A stretch of DNA of 64,000 nt from Clostridia bacterium (GCA_016283155.1 JAEEMI010000025.1:802-64801), one strand, 5' to 3'. Shown: positions 46,079 to 55,577, counted from the first letter of the stretch. Made by a program: numbers and translations. Notes: a model not told the origin generated them from the letters alone.

Positions 46079-48158
46079 TATCCACACTGATATTTACTTC
46101 TAATTTTACTGGTAAGTTAACCACGCCTTCCATATGACGTTTAACGATTTCGCTAACGACGTTAATTTCTTCAGGTACACAGTCAAACACTAACTCATCG
46201 TGAATTTGTAAAACCATTAAACTCTTCAAACCACGTTCAGTCATTTCGTGATCAATCTTAACCATTGCTTGCTTAATAATATCTGCGGCACTACCTTGCA
46301 TTGGCATATTCATCGCAGCACGCGTAGCAAACGCAACCACATTATTATCTTTTGCATATAACTCGCGAATATAGCGACGGCGACCAAACATTGTTGAAAT
46401 ATAACCATTTTGTTTAGCACTGGATACACAAAGATCTAAGAACTCTTTTACCTTGGGAAACGTGCGGAAATAATTCTTAATTACATTAGAAGCTTCATAC
46501 AAGCCGCAGTTTAAATCCTTTGCTAAACCGAAAGATGAAATACCATAGATAATACCAAAGTTCACTGTCTTAGCATCACGACGTCGTTCCGGATCTCCAA
46601 ACATTTTTAAAGCCGTTTCGCGATGAATATCGACACCACGATTAAAAGCATCAATTAACCCCGGTTCACCAGATAAAGCTGCCAACAAACGTAATTCAAT
46701 TTGCGAATAATCTGCCGATAAAATTTTGCCATTGGGAAAACGCGAAACAAAAATTTGGCGAAAACGATCACTATCAACTTTACGTTGTGGAATATTCTGT
46801 AAATTTGGTTCACTAGATGACAAACGACCTGTGGCTGTCTTGTCAATGTTAAATGTGGTATGAATCAGCCCTTCTAAATCGACAGCATTACCATAACCGC
46901 GCACATAAGTTGAATACAATTTATATTTGCCACGATATTCCAAGACCTTAGCCGCTAAAGGCACGGTAGGTGCTAAACGCGTTAAAACTTCTTCATTAGT
47001 CGAATAGCGAGTTTTGGTTTTAGTCTTTTTATTTAAGGTAACACCTAATTTACGTTGCAAAACATCAATCAACTCCTGTGATGATTTAATGTTAAATGTT
47101 TCACCTGCTAATTCGAAAATTTCAGATTCTAAAGTTGCAATATCTTTTTCTAAAGCGGTACCTAAAGCATCTAAAGCCACCATATCGACTTTAACACCAT
47201 TAGCTGACATTTTATGTAAAACAGGTACCACCGCATCATCGATAGTTTTACTTTCGTCTTTTACATCAGCAAACAAAGGTGCAATTGGCTGCACTACGGT
47301 CGAACCACTAACCCAAAGATTACGACGTAATAAACTTTTAAAACCTGCCTTTTCAAATTTATGTTTAACATTATCATCAAATGGAAAAATGAATGGACAA
47401 TCTTTTAATGCAAAGTTAATTGGCACTTGACAATTAATTTCTGCCAATTTTTTCGATAATTTAACCATTGCGACACTATCGTTAACTTTCTTGTTAACAC
47501 CAGCTTCAATTACGGCTTCAACGGAACCATAATTTTGGACTAATGTTACCGCAGTTTTTTCGCCAACACCAGTAGCACCTGGAATATTATCACTCTTATC
47601 ACCCATTAATGCTTTAACATCAATTAACTGACGTGGTGATAATCCATATTCTTTTTGAATTCTATCAACCGTCCATACGTCCAAGTTTGTAACACCAGTT
47701 TTAGTTAAATGTAATTCAACATTGGGAGCAACTAATTGTAATCCATCACGATCCGCCGTTAAATTAATCACGTTAACATTTTTAGCTTGTCTCGCAATTG
47801 TACCAATAATATCATCAGCCTCATAGCCAGGACATTGATAGATTTTAACTTGCATTGTTTTTAAGATGTCTTTTAACTGGTCAAATTGCACCGCTAAATC
47901 TTCAGGCATTTTGTGACGATTAGCCTTATATCCTTGAAACATTTGGTGACGGAAAGTCGGTTGCCTCATATCAAAAGCAACACAAACATATTTTACTTTT
48001 AAATCAGTTGCGGCTTTAATAAACATATTTAAAAATCCATAAACCGCATTTGTCGGTATTCCACCGAAACTTAGTTCTCCAACATCGCCACGCCCGCCGA
48101 AAGCATAATACGCACGATTCAGTAAACTGTTACCATCAATGACTAAAAATTTATCCAC
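46068..48158 (-). CDS. polA: DNA polymerase I, compact (696 aa)
   Basis: 5'-3' exonuclease (IDGNSL..RAYY, YEADD, GDKSDNIPG) and family A polymerase motifs (TATGRLSS..PNLQNIP, ADYSQIELR, AK.VNFGIIYG, QIHDEL). Confidence 0.96.
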   Translation of the reverse strand: MDKFLVIDGNSLLNRAYYAFGGRGDVGELSFGGIPTNAVYGFLNMFIKAATDLKVKYVCVAFDMRQPTFRHQMFQGYKANRHKMPEDLAVQFDQLKDILKTMQVKIYQCPGYEADDIIGTIARQAKNVNVINLTADRDGLQLVAPNVELHLTKTGVTNLDVWTVDRIQKEYGLSPRQLIDVKALMGDKSDNIPGATGVGEKTAVTLVQNYGSVEAVIEAGVNKKVNDSVAMVKLSKKLAEINCQVPINFALKDCPFIFPFDDNVKHKFEKAGFKSLLRRNLWVSGSTVVQPIAPLFADVKDESKTIDDAVVPVLHKMSANGVKVDMVALDALGTALEKDIATLESEIFELAGETFNIKSSQELIDVLQRKLGVTLNKKTKTKTRYSTNEEVLTRLAPTVPLAAKVLEYRGKYKLYSTYVRGYGNAVDLEGLIHTTFNIDKTATGRLSSSEPNLQNIPQRKVDSDRFRQIFVSRFPNGKILSADYSQIELRLLAALSGEPGLIDAFNRGVDIHRETALKMFGDPERRRDAKTVNFGIIYGISSFGLAKDLNCGLYEASNVIKNYFRTFPKVKEFLDLCVSSAKQNGYISTMFGRRRYIRELYAKDNNVVAFATRAAMNMPMQGSAADIIKQAMVKIDHEMTERGLKSLMVLQIHDELVFDCVPEEINVVSEIVKRHMEGVVNLPVKLEVNISVDTTL

Positions 48159-48164
48159 AAATTA

Positions 48165-48175
48165 ATTATAACATA
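48165..48175 (-). promoter_or_regulatory. Extended -10 promoter of polA, leaderless geometry
   Basis: TATGtTATAAT 6 nt before GTG, weak -35. Confidence 0.65.
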
Positions 48176-48176
48176 A

Positions 48177-48551
48177 TTAAGCAACTTCAACATCTTTATT
48201 TCGTAAACGTAAAATTACCGCTGAAATCAGACCAATCAACGTTTGGAAGACCAAATCGCTGAAAGTGTTCAACCCTAAATTCAAATTACCATCAACCAAT
48301 GCAAAAATTAAAAATGTTAAAACCATATACAACAGACCGACCAAAGCACCAAACAACCAACCTTTACTTTTGGCAGGTTTAATAGCAATCGCAACAGCCA
48401 TAAAGATACAAACGACTTTCACAATTTGCATCACTGGCGAAATCACATTGTTGTTTAATCCGGTCAGTTGCAAAATTAATGCAAAACCTAAAATAAAAAG
48501 AAGTGTTGCAATTACTGCACACAACACTCCTTTACAAATACTTTTAATCAT
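48177..48551 (-). CDS. Four-TM membrane protein, TIGR04086/YrzE-like
   Basis: Four hydrophobic helices, KGWLFGALVGLLY motif; start set to ATG 48551. Confidence 0.7.
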   Translation of the reverse strand: MIKSICKGVLCAVIATLLFILGFALILQLTGLNNNVISPVMQIVKVVCIFMAVAIAIKPAKSKGWLFGALVGLLYMVLTFLIFALVDGNLNLGLNTFSDLVFQTLIGLISAVILRLRNKDVEVA

Positions 48552-48579
48552 AGCCAAATATATGGCTAAAACCCGTTAA

Positions 48580-48828
48580 TTATTCTACTGAACAGAATTT
48601 TTTGTTATTAGCTTTACGTGTGAACTTAACTGTTCCTTCTTTTAAAGCAAACAAAGTATGATCGTGTCCACAACCAACATTGTCACCTGGTTTTACATCA
48701 GTACCGCGTTGACGCACAATAATTGCGCCTGCCTTAGCCATTTGACCATCGGCAATTTTTACGCCTAAACGTTTTGAATTACTATCTCTTCCATTGGCGG
48801 TTGAGCCGCCACCTTTATGGTGTGCCAT
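48580..48828 (-). CDS. rpmA: 50S ribosomal protein L27, no N-terminal extension
   Basis: [38 protein letters not shown]. Confidence 0.97.
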   Translation of the reverse strand: MAHHKGGGSTANGRDSNSKRLGVKIADGQMAKAGAIIVRQRGTDVKPGDNVGCGHDHTLFALKEGTVKFTRKANNKKFCSVE

Positions 48829-48830
48829 TC

Positions 48831-49121
48831 TTAGTTACTTCCTCCAATTTTAATTTTTGTATAAGGTTGACGATGTCCGTATTTTTTACGTACGTTATTT
48901 TTTGGTTTATATTTAAAACCATTAATTTTGTCACCTTTACCGTGTTCCACGATGGTGGCAGTTACTTTTCCTGGTTTGGTATCAATTTTACCATTGTCAT
49001 AAGACATCACAGTTGCAACTTCAACTTTGTCGCCAACGTTGCCGTCGATCTTTTCGACCACGACTTCATCGCCTGGTTGAACGTGATATTGTTTGCCACC
49101 TTGCATAATGATTGCGTTCAT
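48831..49121 (-). CDS. rplU: 50S ribosomal protein L21
   Basis: AII..GGKQY.V..GD...VEK, KYKPK...RKK.GHRQPYT; start set to ATG 49121. Confidence 0.96.
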   Translation of the reverse strand: MNAIIMQGGKQYHVQPGDEVVVEKIDGNVGDKVEVATVMSYDNGKIDTKPGKVTATIVEHGKGDKINGFKYKPKNNVRKKYGHRQPYTKIKIGGSN

Positions 49122-49128
49122 AACGTCT

Positions 49129-49157
49129 ATGATAAAATAATTTCCTGCTTTTGTCAA
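49129..49157 (-). promoter_or_regulatory. sigma-A promoter of rplU-rpmA, leaderless geometry
   Basis: TTGACA-17-TATCAT, 7 nt before ATG, no SD. Confidence 0.8.
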
Positions 49158-49182
49158 TCATTAATTAACACTGTTACAACAT

Positions 49183-49920
49183 TCAAATAACATCTTTACC
49201 AAACGACATATATGTTCTCATTTCACGTAATACCTTTTGTTCGATTCGACTAACTTGTACCTGTGAAAGCTGTAAACAGCGTGCAACTTCACTTTGTGTT
49301 GCATTACGATAATACCTCAACAAAATCACTTGCCGTTCACGTGTTGGCAATTTTGCTAACATATTTTTAATCATTACGTGGTCAAGAAATGCACTGTCAT
49401 CACTAGCCACAAATTTATCAGCCAAACAAATTGTTTCATCATTGTCGTCGTTGTTTACATTACAAGCAAATAATGGCACTGGTAAATGCGATGCTTCCAT
49501 CGCAAAAATTACTTCTTCTTTTGTCACACCAAATTCTGTTGCAATTTCATCCACAGTTGGTGGTTCTATATCACCACTTTTTAATAATAAATATTTTTTA
49601 ATTTTAACATACAAAGTCTTAACTGAACGACTAACTTTAATTGCACCATCATCACGTAAAAAACGTTTAATTTCACCAATAATTAACGGCGTAGCATACG
49701 TGGTAAATTTTACTTGATACTTAGGATCAAACTTATTAATTGCTTTAACAAAGCCTAAACAACCCAATTGATATAAATCATCATATTCTACTCCCTTACC
49801 AAGATATCTTTTCAACAAGGATTTAATTAGCGGTTGGTTTTGTTGAACCAATAAGTTTTTAGCTTGTTCATCGCCACCTTTGGCACGTAAGACCAAATCA
49901 ATAATTGTATCTTTTTGCAT
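49183..49920 (-). CDS. sigF: Sporulation sigma factor SigF
   Basis: DDLYQLG..G.VKAI.KFD, TYA.P.I.GEIKRFLRDDG.IKVSRS.K, SQVQVSRIE; third gene of spoIIA operon. Confidence 0.9.
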   Translation of the reverse strand: MQKDTIIDLVLRAKGGDEQAKNLLVQQNQPLIKSLLKRYLGKGVEYDDLYQLGCLGFVKAINKFDPKYQVKFTTYATPLIIGEIKRFLRDDGAIKVSRSVKTLYVKIKKYLLLKSGDIEPPTVDEIATEFGVTKEEVIFAMEASHLPVPLFACNVNNDDNDETICLADKFVASDDSAFLDHVMIKNMLAKLPTRERQVILLRYYRNATQSEVARCLQLSQVQVSRIEQKVLREMRTYMSFGKDVI

Positions 49921-49925
49921 CGGGG

Positions 49926-50387
49926 TTATTCCCCGCTGACTTGTGCTTTTTCCTTTGTAAAATGTTTTCGCATTGTTACCACTGTTCCGCCTCCATTGCG
50001 ATTATTGACCGAAATTGAATCCATAAAACTCTGCATTACCGTAAAACCCATACCACTACGTTCATTATCAGGTTCAGTCGTATAAAATGGTTCCATTGCC
50101 TGTTTGATGTTAGAAATTCCCACACCACAATCACTGATTGTAACTTCTAACATCTGTGGAAACAATTTACATTCAATCGTAATTAAGTCATCTTTACTTT
50201 GTCGCTTTTGATATGCGTGCACAACACAATTAGTTACGGCCTCGCTAACCGCCGTCTTAATATCACTTACCTCATCAATGGTAGGATTTAACCCAACACA
50301 AAAAGCTGCCACAACTGCACGTGCAAAAGATTCGTTTTCACTCTTGGCAGGAATTTGCATCGACATTGTATTGATTATTTCATTCAT
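49926..50387 (-). CDS. spoIIAB: Anti-sigma F factor
   Basis: SENESFAR..VAAF, DIKTAVSEAVTN...HAY, ERSGMGFTVMQSFMD. Confidence 0.96.
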   Translation of the reverse strand: MNEIINTMSMQIPAKSENESFARAVVAAFCVGLNPTIDEVSDIKTAVSEAVTNCVVHAYQKRQSKDDLITIECKLFPQMLEVTISDCGVGISNIKQAMEPFYTTEPDNERSGMGFTVMQSFMDSISVNNRNGGGTVVTMRKHFTKEKAQVSGE

Positions 50388-50704
50388 AAATTCGCCCCCT
50401 TTAATTTTGGCATAATTTGATATAACCCAGTCATTTGAAAAATACGCTCCGCCTGTATAGACGGATTGGCAATATAAATTGGCACACCACGATCTTTCAT
50501 CTTTTTATAGCGTCCCAACAATACACCGATTCCAGTTGAGTCCATAAATGATAAATTTGCCAAATCAATAACAATTCGATTGGCTTTAGCATTTAACATT
50601 ACTTGCTCTAATGCTAAACGTGTGTATTCCGCCGTCTTTTCATCTAGTTCACCATTTAACGAAATGTACAGCACATTATGGTGTGTCCGTGTTAAAACAT
50701 TCAT
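50384..50704 (-). CDS. spoIIAA: Anti-sigma F factor antagonist
   Basis: L.GELDE, FMDSTGIGVLLGRYK; start set to ATG 50704 after AAAGGAGG. Confidence 0.93.
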   Translation of the reverse strand: MNVLTRTHHNVLYISLNGELDEKTAEYTRLALEQVMLNAKANRIVIDLANLSFMDSTGIGVLLGRYKKMKDRGVPIYIANPSIQAERIFQMTGLYQIMPKLKGANL

Positions 50705-50843
50705 TGCTCCTCCTTTATGTATCAAGCATAAAGAAAATGTAATGTTAAATAATGACGGATTTTATTTTTTTATTAAGAAAATTGTCGTAATGACAGTAAC
50801 GATTACAAAACCAATTCCGACACAAACATCAACCAACAAACAA

Positions 50844-51770
50844 TCAAGCAAGTAACGACTCCATAATTTGGATGGCATTAGTAGCGGCACCTTTGCGTAA
50901 ATTATCACTGACTGTCCATAGATTAATTGTGTTGCGATGTGACGCATCTAAACGCACACGACCAACGTAGACTTCATCGTGCCCTGATACTTGAGTCGGT
51001 ACAGCGTAATCATCGCAATAAACCACACTTGGCGCTTGCGATAAAATTTGTTTTACACGTACCAAATCAGGACGATGATAAAATTCAACGTTAATCGCAA
51101 CACAATGACAATTTGCAACCGGAACACGGACCGCGGTAGCCGAAATTTCAATTTCATTACGTCCTAAAATTTTCCGTGTTTCTTTAATCATTTTGTTTTC
51201 CTCTTTTGTATTGCCATCTGGCATTCGTACGTCAATATCTGGTAAAACATTATTTACAATAGAATATTTAAAGCTGGGATTACGACCTGCACCGCTGATT
51301 GCTTGATATGTTGAATAAACAATACGTTTAATTTTATAAACACGATCTAATGGTGCTAATGCCACCACAGCGCCAATTGTGGAACAATTTGGGTTTGCAA
51401 TCAGCTTACTTTCTCCGATACTGGATAAATTAATTTCTGGTACAACTAAAGGCACTTCTGGTTGCATTCGAAAAAAACTACTATTATCAATGACAGTAGT
51501 TCCCGCTGCTACAAACCTGGGGACCCATTCACGTGCAACATCAGCGCCAGCCGCAAACAATGCATAGTCAGCTTTAATTTCTGCAACACGTGTTGTCGTT
51601 AAAGTTTCAATTATATATTCCTCGCCATTGATTATCAGCTTTTCGCCTGCGTGATTTTGACTGGCGAATAGAAAATATTCACCGTTGATGTGACGTTCAT
51701 TTAAAACCTGTAACATTGTTTGTCCGACGAAACCAGTCACACCAATCACAGCAATTTTAGTTGTTTTCAT
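50844..51770 (-). CDS. asd: Aspartate-semialdehyde dehydrogenase
   Basis: GVTG.VG, IDNSS.FR....VPLVVPEIN, ANPNCSTI, TYQA.SGAG, DNLRKGAA.NA. Confidence 0.94.
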   Translation of the reverse strand: MKTTKIAVIGVTGFVGQTMLQVLNERHINGEYFLFASQNHAGEKLIINGEEYIIETLTTTRVAEIKADYALFAAGADVAREWVPRFVAAGTTVIDNSSFFRMQPEVPLVVPEINLSSIGESKLIANPNCSTIGAVVALAPLDRVYKIKRIVYSTYQAISGAGRNPSFKYSIVNNVLPDIDVRMPDGNTKEENKMIKETRKILGRNEIEISATAVRVPVANCHCVAINVEFYHRPDLVRVKQILSQAPSVVYCDDYAVPTQVSGHDEVYVGRVRLDASHRNTINLWTVSDNLRKGAATNAIQIMESLLA

Positions 51771-51815
51771 AGCATTTATATATTAAAATATGTTTAAACT
51801 TGTGATGGGGGAAAT

Positions 51816-53348
51816 ATGTTGTTTAGCTATGAAATGAAAAAAATTTGGCGACGCGTTTCACCACTTATTGTTCTAATTACCTTGTCGGCGACAGTGATTA
51901 TTACATTGATTTTAACAATGGTATTACCCTTTAAAATTAGTTACACACCAATTGAATATAAAAATGTTGATACTGCTTATGCCGCACTTGAAACCAAAAT
52001 TCAAAATTGGAACACGACAAATATCCGTGAACAATTTTCTATTGCTTTTGATACTTTTTACAATGACTACGAAATTATGAATGCTAGTACCTTATATGAT
52101 ACAGATCATATTGTGGATAAATATCACGAAGCCCAAACAACTTTTAATCAATTTTATTTAGATTATTATCTTCATCCGACTTACGGAATTTATAGTCACT
52201 ATGCTGATTATTTATTAGTGCGTAGCGAATACAATGAAAAATTTAGCGAGATATTATCTACACTTAATGAATTTTTTACTAATAATTATTCTGACAGAAA
52301 TGACATCGTTCGCAATTTAAGTTCTACTAATCCAACTTGGGAAGACGCCAGTCTAAAAACAATTTTAGAAAATCTCTTTTATGTACAAAAAATTAAATCT
52401 GAAGATTTAGCCGAGTTGAAAGCATTTTTCAACACCCACCCTGCTGGTCAGGTTGGTTATGATTATACTGATGCTTATGACTATGCGATTAACCGTTTCT
52501 ATATAGCGGTAAATACGGGTTCAACTTATGTTGGTAAATTGTCACAATATGCGGGATTTGAAGATTACCGGGACACTATGACGTCTACGCGTGCTTGTAA
52601 TTTGGCTGAATACCGTATAGAACACGCTGACGAAGACTTTGCAATTCCATTTGAATTTGGAAACATCTACAATAATTCCAATCAAATTAGTTTGTTCGAT
52701 TTTGTATTTACTAATTTAGAAATGGCGATGATTCCAATTTCATTATTGGTAATGGTTTGGGCAGCGTGCACCTTCTTTACTGATAATAATCAAAATACTT
52801 TAATTACACCAGTTACTGCAGGCAAACATCGTTCAACAATTATTCTAACAAAGACCGCTGTAATTTTACTTTTAATGGTAATGTCCCTACTAATCCTAAC
52901 AGGCATTTATATCACAATTGGTTTATTATTTTTCCGTGCATACGTCAGTCCGGATATTTTATTCTTGTTTAATGGTACTACACCAATAGCAATGTCATCC
53001 GCCAATTATTTTGCCGTTTACTTTCTCAATCTGGTTTTCAAATTATTACCGTTGATCGCACTTTGTGGGTTATTCTCATTTATTAAAAGCCGACCTTTTG
53101 TTATTGTTGGTTTCACCGCCTTGATTTACGTTGGAATCATACTTTGTAATCAACTTTTAGGTTGGTTCTGGTTCTATCAATTTGTTCCATTAATGGGTTT
53201 AGATCCAATGCGCTATTTTGGTGCTAAATTACTCTTTGCTCCAATGCCAAGCACTTATAACCTGTGGTATACATTTCCCATTGTCGTGTGTGGTACCGCA
53301 GCAATGTACTGGACATTGATTCATATTTTCCGTCATCACGATTTCTAA
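51816..53348 (+). CDS. ABC-2-type permease-like membrane protein with large extracellular loop
   Basis: YEMKKIW N-terminus, one TM, ~260-aa soluble loop, T....TLI.P....RS.IILTK pattern, five or more C-terminal TMs. Confidence 0.6.
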   Translation: MLFSYEMKKIWRRVSPLIVLITLSATVIITLILTMVLPFKISYTPIEYKNVDTAYAALETKIQNWNTTNIREQFSIAFDTFYNDYEIMNASTLYDTDHIVDKYHEAQTTFNQFYLDYYLHPTYGIYSHYADYLLVRSEYNEKFSEILSTLNEFFTNNYSDRNDIVRNLSSTNPTWEDASLKTILENLFYVQKIKSEDLAELKAFFNTHPAGQVGYDYTDAYDYAINRFYIAVNTGSTYVGKLSQYAGFEDYRDTMTSTRACNLAEYRIEHADEDFAIPFEFGNIYNNSNQISLFDFVFTNLEMAMIPISLLVMVWAACTFFTDNNQNTLITPVTAGKHRSTIILTKTAVILLLMVMSLLILTGIYITIGLLFFRAYVSPDILFLFNGTTPIAMSSANYFAVYFLNLVFKLLPLIALCGLFSFIKSRPFVIVGFTALIYVGIILCNQLLGWFWFYQFVPLMGLDPMRYFGAKLLFAPMPSTYNLWYTFPIVVCGTAAMYWTLIHIFRHHDF

Positions 53349-53378
53349 TTGCCAAGATAAAACCAGTCACATTATAAT
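53349..53378 (+). promoter_or_regulatory. sigma-A promoter of rnhA, leaderless geometry
   Basis: TTGCCA-18-TATAAT, 6 nt before ATG. Confidence 0.75.
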
Positions 53379-53384
53379 AAACCA

Positions 53385-53828
53385 ATGGAAAATACCATCG
53401 CAGTTTATACAGACGGTGCTTGTAGTGGCAATCCCGGACCAGGCGGTTGGGGTTCTGTATTACTTTACCAAGGCAAAGAAAAAGAGTTGTCTGGATATGA
53501 TGCCAACACAACCAACAACCGAATGGAATTAACCGCAGTAATTCAAGGTTTATCTGCGCTTAAAACTACCACATTACCAGTTACACTTTATACTGACAGT
53601 AAATATATTGTTGATGCAATCAATCAACATTGGTTAGAGAACTGGCAAACAAAAGGTTGGCAAAATACTGCCAAGAAACCTGTAGCCAACCGTGACCTTT
53701 GGGAACAAATTATTAAATTAAACCAAATTTATCATCCCACCTACGTATGGGTTAAGGGACACAGCACCAATGCCTATAATAATCGTTGTGATGCTTTGGC
53801 AGTTCAAGCCATTCAAGATCATAAATAA
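53385..53828 (+). CDS. rnhA: Ribonuclease HI
   Basis: YTDGACSGNPGPGGWG, TTNNRMEL.A, TDSKY, V.NRDLW, WVKGH, N.RCD.LA. Confidence 0.97.
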   Translation: MENTIAVYTDGACSGNPGPGGWGSVLLYQGKEKELSGYDANTTNNRMELTAVIQGLSALKTTTLPVTLYTDSKYIVDAINQHWLENWQTKGWQNTAKKPVANRDLWEQIIKLNQIYHPTYVWVKGHSTNAYNNRCDALAVQAIQDHK

Positions 53829-53834
53829 TATAAC

Positions 53835-54461
53835 TCATTCAACTTTATTGTCTTTTTCCCAGCGACCTTTTTCCGTTGTACCATCAGCATATAAATAAAC
53901 GCCTTGACCATTTTTTTGATTATTTTTCCATTCACCAACGAATTGTTCACCATTAGCAAAAACTTGACGCCCTTTACCACTACGCTGGTCATTGGCCCAA
54001 CCACCTTCGTAACCGTTACCATCACCATAATTAAGTACGCCTTGTCCTTGACGTTTACCGTTTACCCAATCGCCAGCATAGCGGCCACCATCAGCATAAA
54101 TCAATACGCCTTTACCATTTTGATGTCCATTTTGAAAGTCGCCCTGATAAATATTACCATTATGGTAACGATACGTTCCTTTACCGTGAAATTGGTTATC
54201 AACCACTTCCCCTTCATATTGGTCATCATTTTTAAAACGATACGCAACTTTTCCTTGTAAAATGTCATTTTCCCAATTAGCTACCATTACATCACCATTG
54301 GTAAAATAATAGATACCTCGTCCGTGTCGATGATCACCGTGGAATTGACCTTCATAGCGTGCACCACTTTTGTATGTATAAGCTCCGATACCTTCTTTTT
54401 TATTATTTTCAATTTGACCCGCATAGGTATCACCATTAGGATAATTAATAACCTTTTCCAT
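53835..54461 (-). CDS. MORN-repeat protein
   Basis: About eight 23-aa Y.G.w..g...G.G.y.y.nG repeats; start set to ATG 54461 after GAAGGAG. Confidence 0.9.
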   Translation of the reverse strand: MEKVINYPNGDTYAGQIENNKKEGIGAYTYKSGARYEGQFHGDHRHGRGIYYFTNGDVMVANWENDILQGKVAYRFKNDDQYEGEVVDNQFHGKGTYRYHNGNIYQGDFQNGHQNGKGVLIYADGGRYAGDWVNGKRQGQGVLNYGDGNGYEGGWANDQRSGKGRQVFANGEQFVGEWKNNQKNGQGVYLYADGTTEKGRWEKDNKVE

Positions 54462-55542
54462 TTTCTTCTCCTTCATCAGTATAAGGACTAGTTGGTCGTA
54501 GCGGTAACGATGTTAAAGGTGTTAACTCTCCGTTTGATTGTGAAACACTATAAAAATAGATTGGTTTCGCTGTACCTTCAACGACTTCAGGGGTAATTGT
54601 AATCCGTTTTAAATTCTTTTCATTTGGAATATCAAACATAATGCGCGTCATAAAACGTTCACAAATTGTACGTAAACCACGCGCACCAGTTTGTAACTTC
54701 TCAGCCATTTCTGCAATCTTATCAATACTTGCTTCATTAAATTCAATTTCCACCTGTTCCACATCGAGCATCTTTTTATATTGTGAAATTAATGAATTTT
54801 TGGGTTTAACCAAAGCTTCTTTCAAGGCAGCCCGATTTAAAGCCTCCAAAACAACAACGACAGGAAAACGACCACAGAATTCAGGAATCATACCGAACGT
54901 GGCGAAGTCTTCTGCAACAACCTGTTTTAAAATCTCAAAATCACTTAATAAGATTGTATCACGTTCACCCATACGTGTACGAATAATACCTGGTAAATCA
55001 ACAAATGCTCCACCGCAAATAAATAAGATGTTATTAGTATCCATCTTAACGGTTTGCCCTTTGTATTCAACCTCGGCGATGGTACCCTCAACGATTTTCA
55101 ACATAATTTGTTGAATACTTTCACCTTTCATTCGGTTAACACCAGTTACCAACTTATCAATTTCATCCAAGAAAACAATACCCATTTCAGCAGCTCGTAC
55201 ATCGCCATTGGTTTTATCCAGCAACTTAACTAACATCTTATTAATTTCTTCACCGACATTATCCGATGCGACAATTGCGGTTGCATCTGCCACAACAAAA
55301 GTTGTATTTAAAATTTTAGCCAACGAAGTAACTTGCAAAGTTTTACCAGAACCTGTTGGTCCCAGCATCATTACGTTACTTTTCTTAACTTCAACGCCAT
55401 CGCTTTCGCCCGCCTGTGCAAATTTAACGCGTTTGTAATGGTTGTAAACCGCCACAGCCAAAACACGTTTCGCGTCATCTTGCCCGATAACATATTCATC
55501 GAGTTTGGCAACAATTTCAGCGGGAGTAAAAAGATTAATCAC
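54445..55542 (-). CDS. ClpX-like AAA+ ATPase, atypical
   Basis: LDEYVIGQ..AK.VLAVAVYNHYKR, Walker A GPTGSGKT, Walker B FLDEIDK, NILFICGGAF, GARGLR; no ZBD, GYVG, RKH or IGF. Confidence 0.85.
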   Translation of the reverse strand: MINLFTPAEIVAKLDEYVIGQDDAKRVLAVAVYNHYKRVKFAQAGESDGVEVKKSNVMMLGPTGSGKTLQVTSLAKILNTTFVVADATAIVASDNVGEEINKMLVKLLDKTNGDVRAAEMGIVFLDEIDKLVTGVNRMKGESIQQIMLKIVEGTIAEVEYKGQTVKMDTNNILFICGGAFVDLPGIIRTRMGERDTILLSDFEILKQVVAEDFATFGMIPEFCGRFPVVVVLEALNRAALKEALVKPKNSLISQYKKMLDVEQVEIEFNEASIDKIAEMAEKLQTGARGLRTICERFMTRIMFDIPNEKNLKRITITPEVVEGTAKPIYFYSVSQSNGELTPLTSLPLRPTSPYTDEGEENGKGY

Positions 55543-55548
55543 AATATA

Positions 55549-55577
55549 ATGATAGCCGAAAACTACAATAAAACCAA
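55549..55577 (-). promoter_or_regulatory. sigma-A promoter of clpX-like/MORN operon, leaderless geometry
   Basis: TTGGTT-17-TATCAT, 6 nt before GTG. Confidence 0.6.

Noticed and set aside
50783-50822. Spo0A boxes and sigma-H promoter upstream of spoIIAA
   Set aside because: Only one-mismatch 7-mers (TGTCGTA, TGTCGGA) and no convincing sigma-H pair were found
51771-51815. Leaderless promoter for asd
   Set aside because: No SD is present, but no hexamer pair at the right spacing could be assigned
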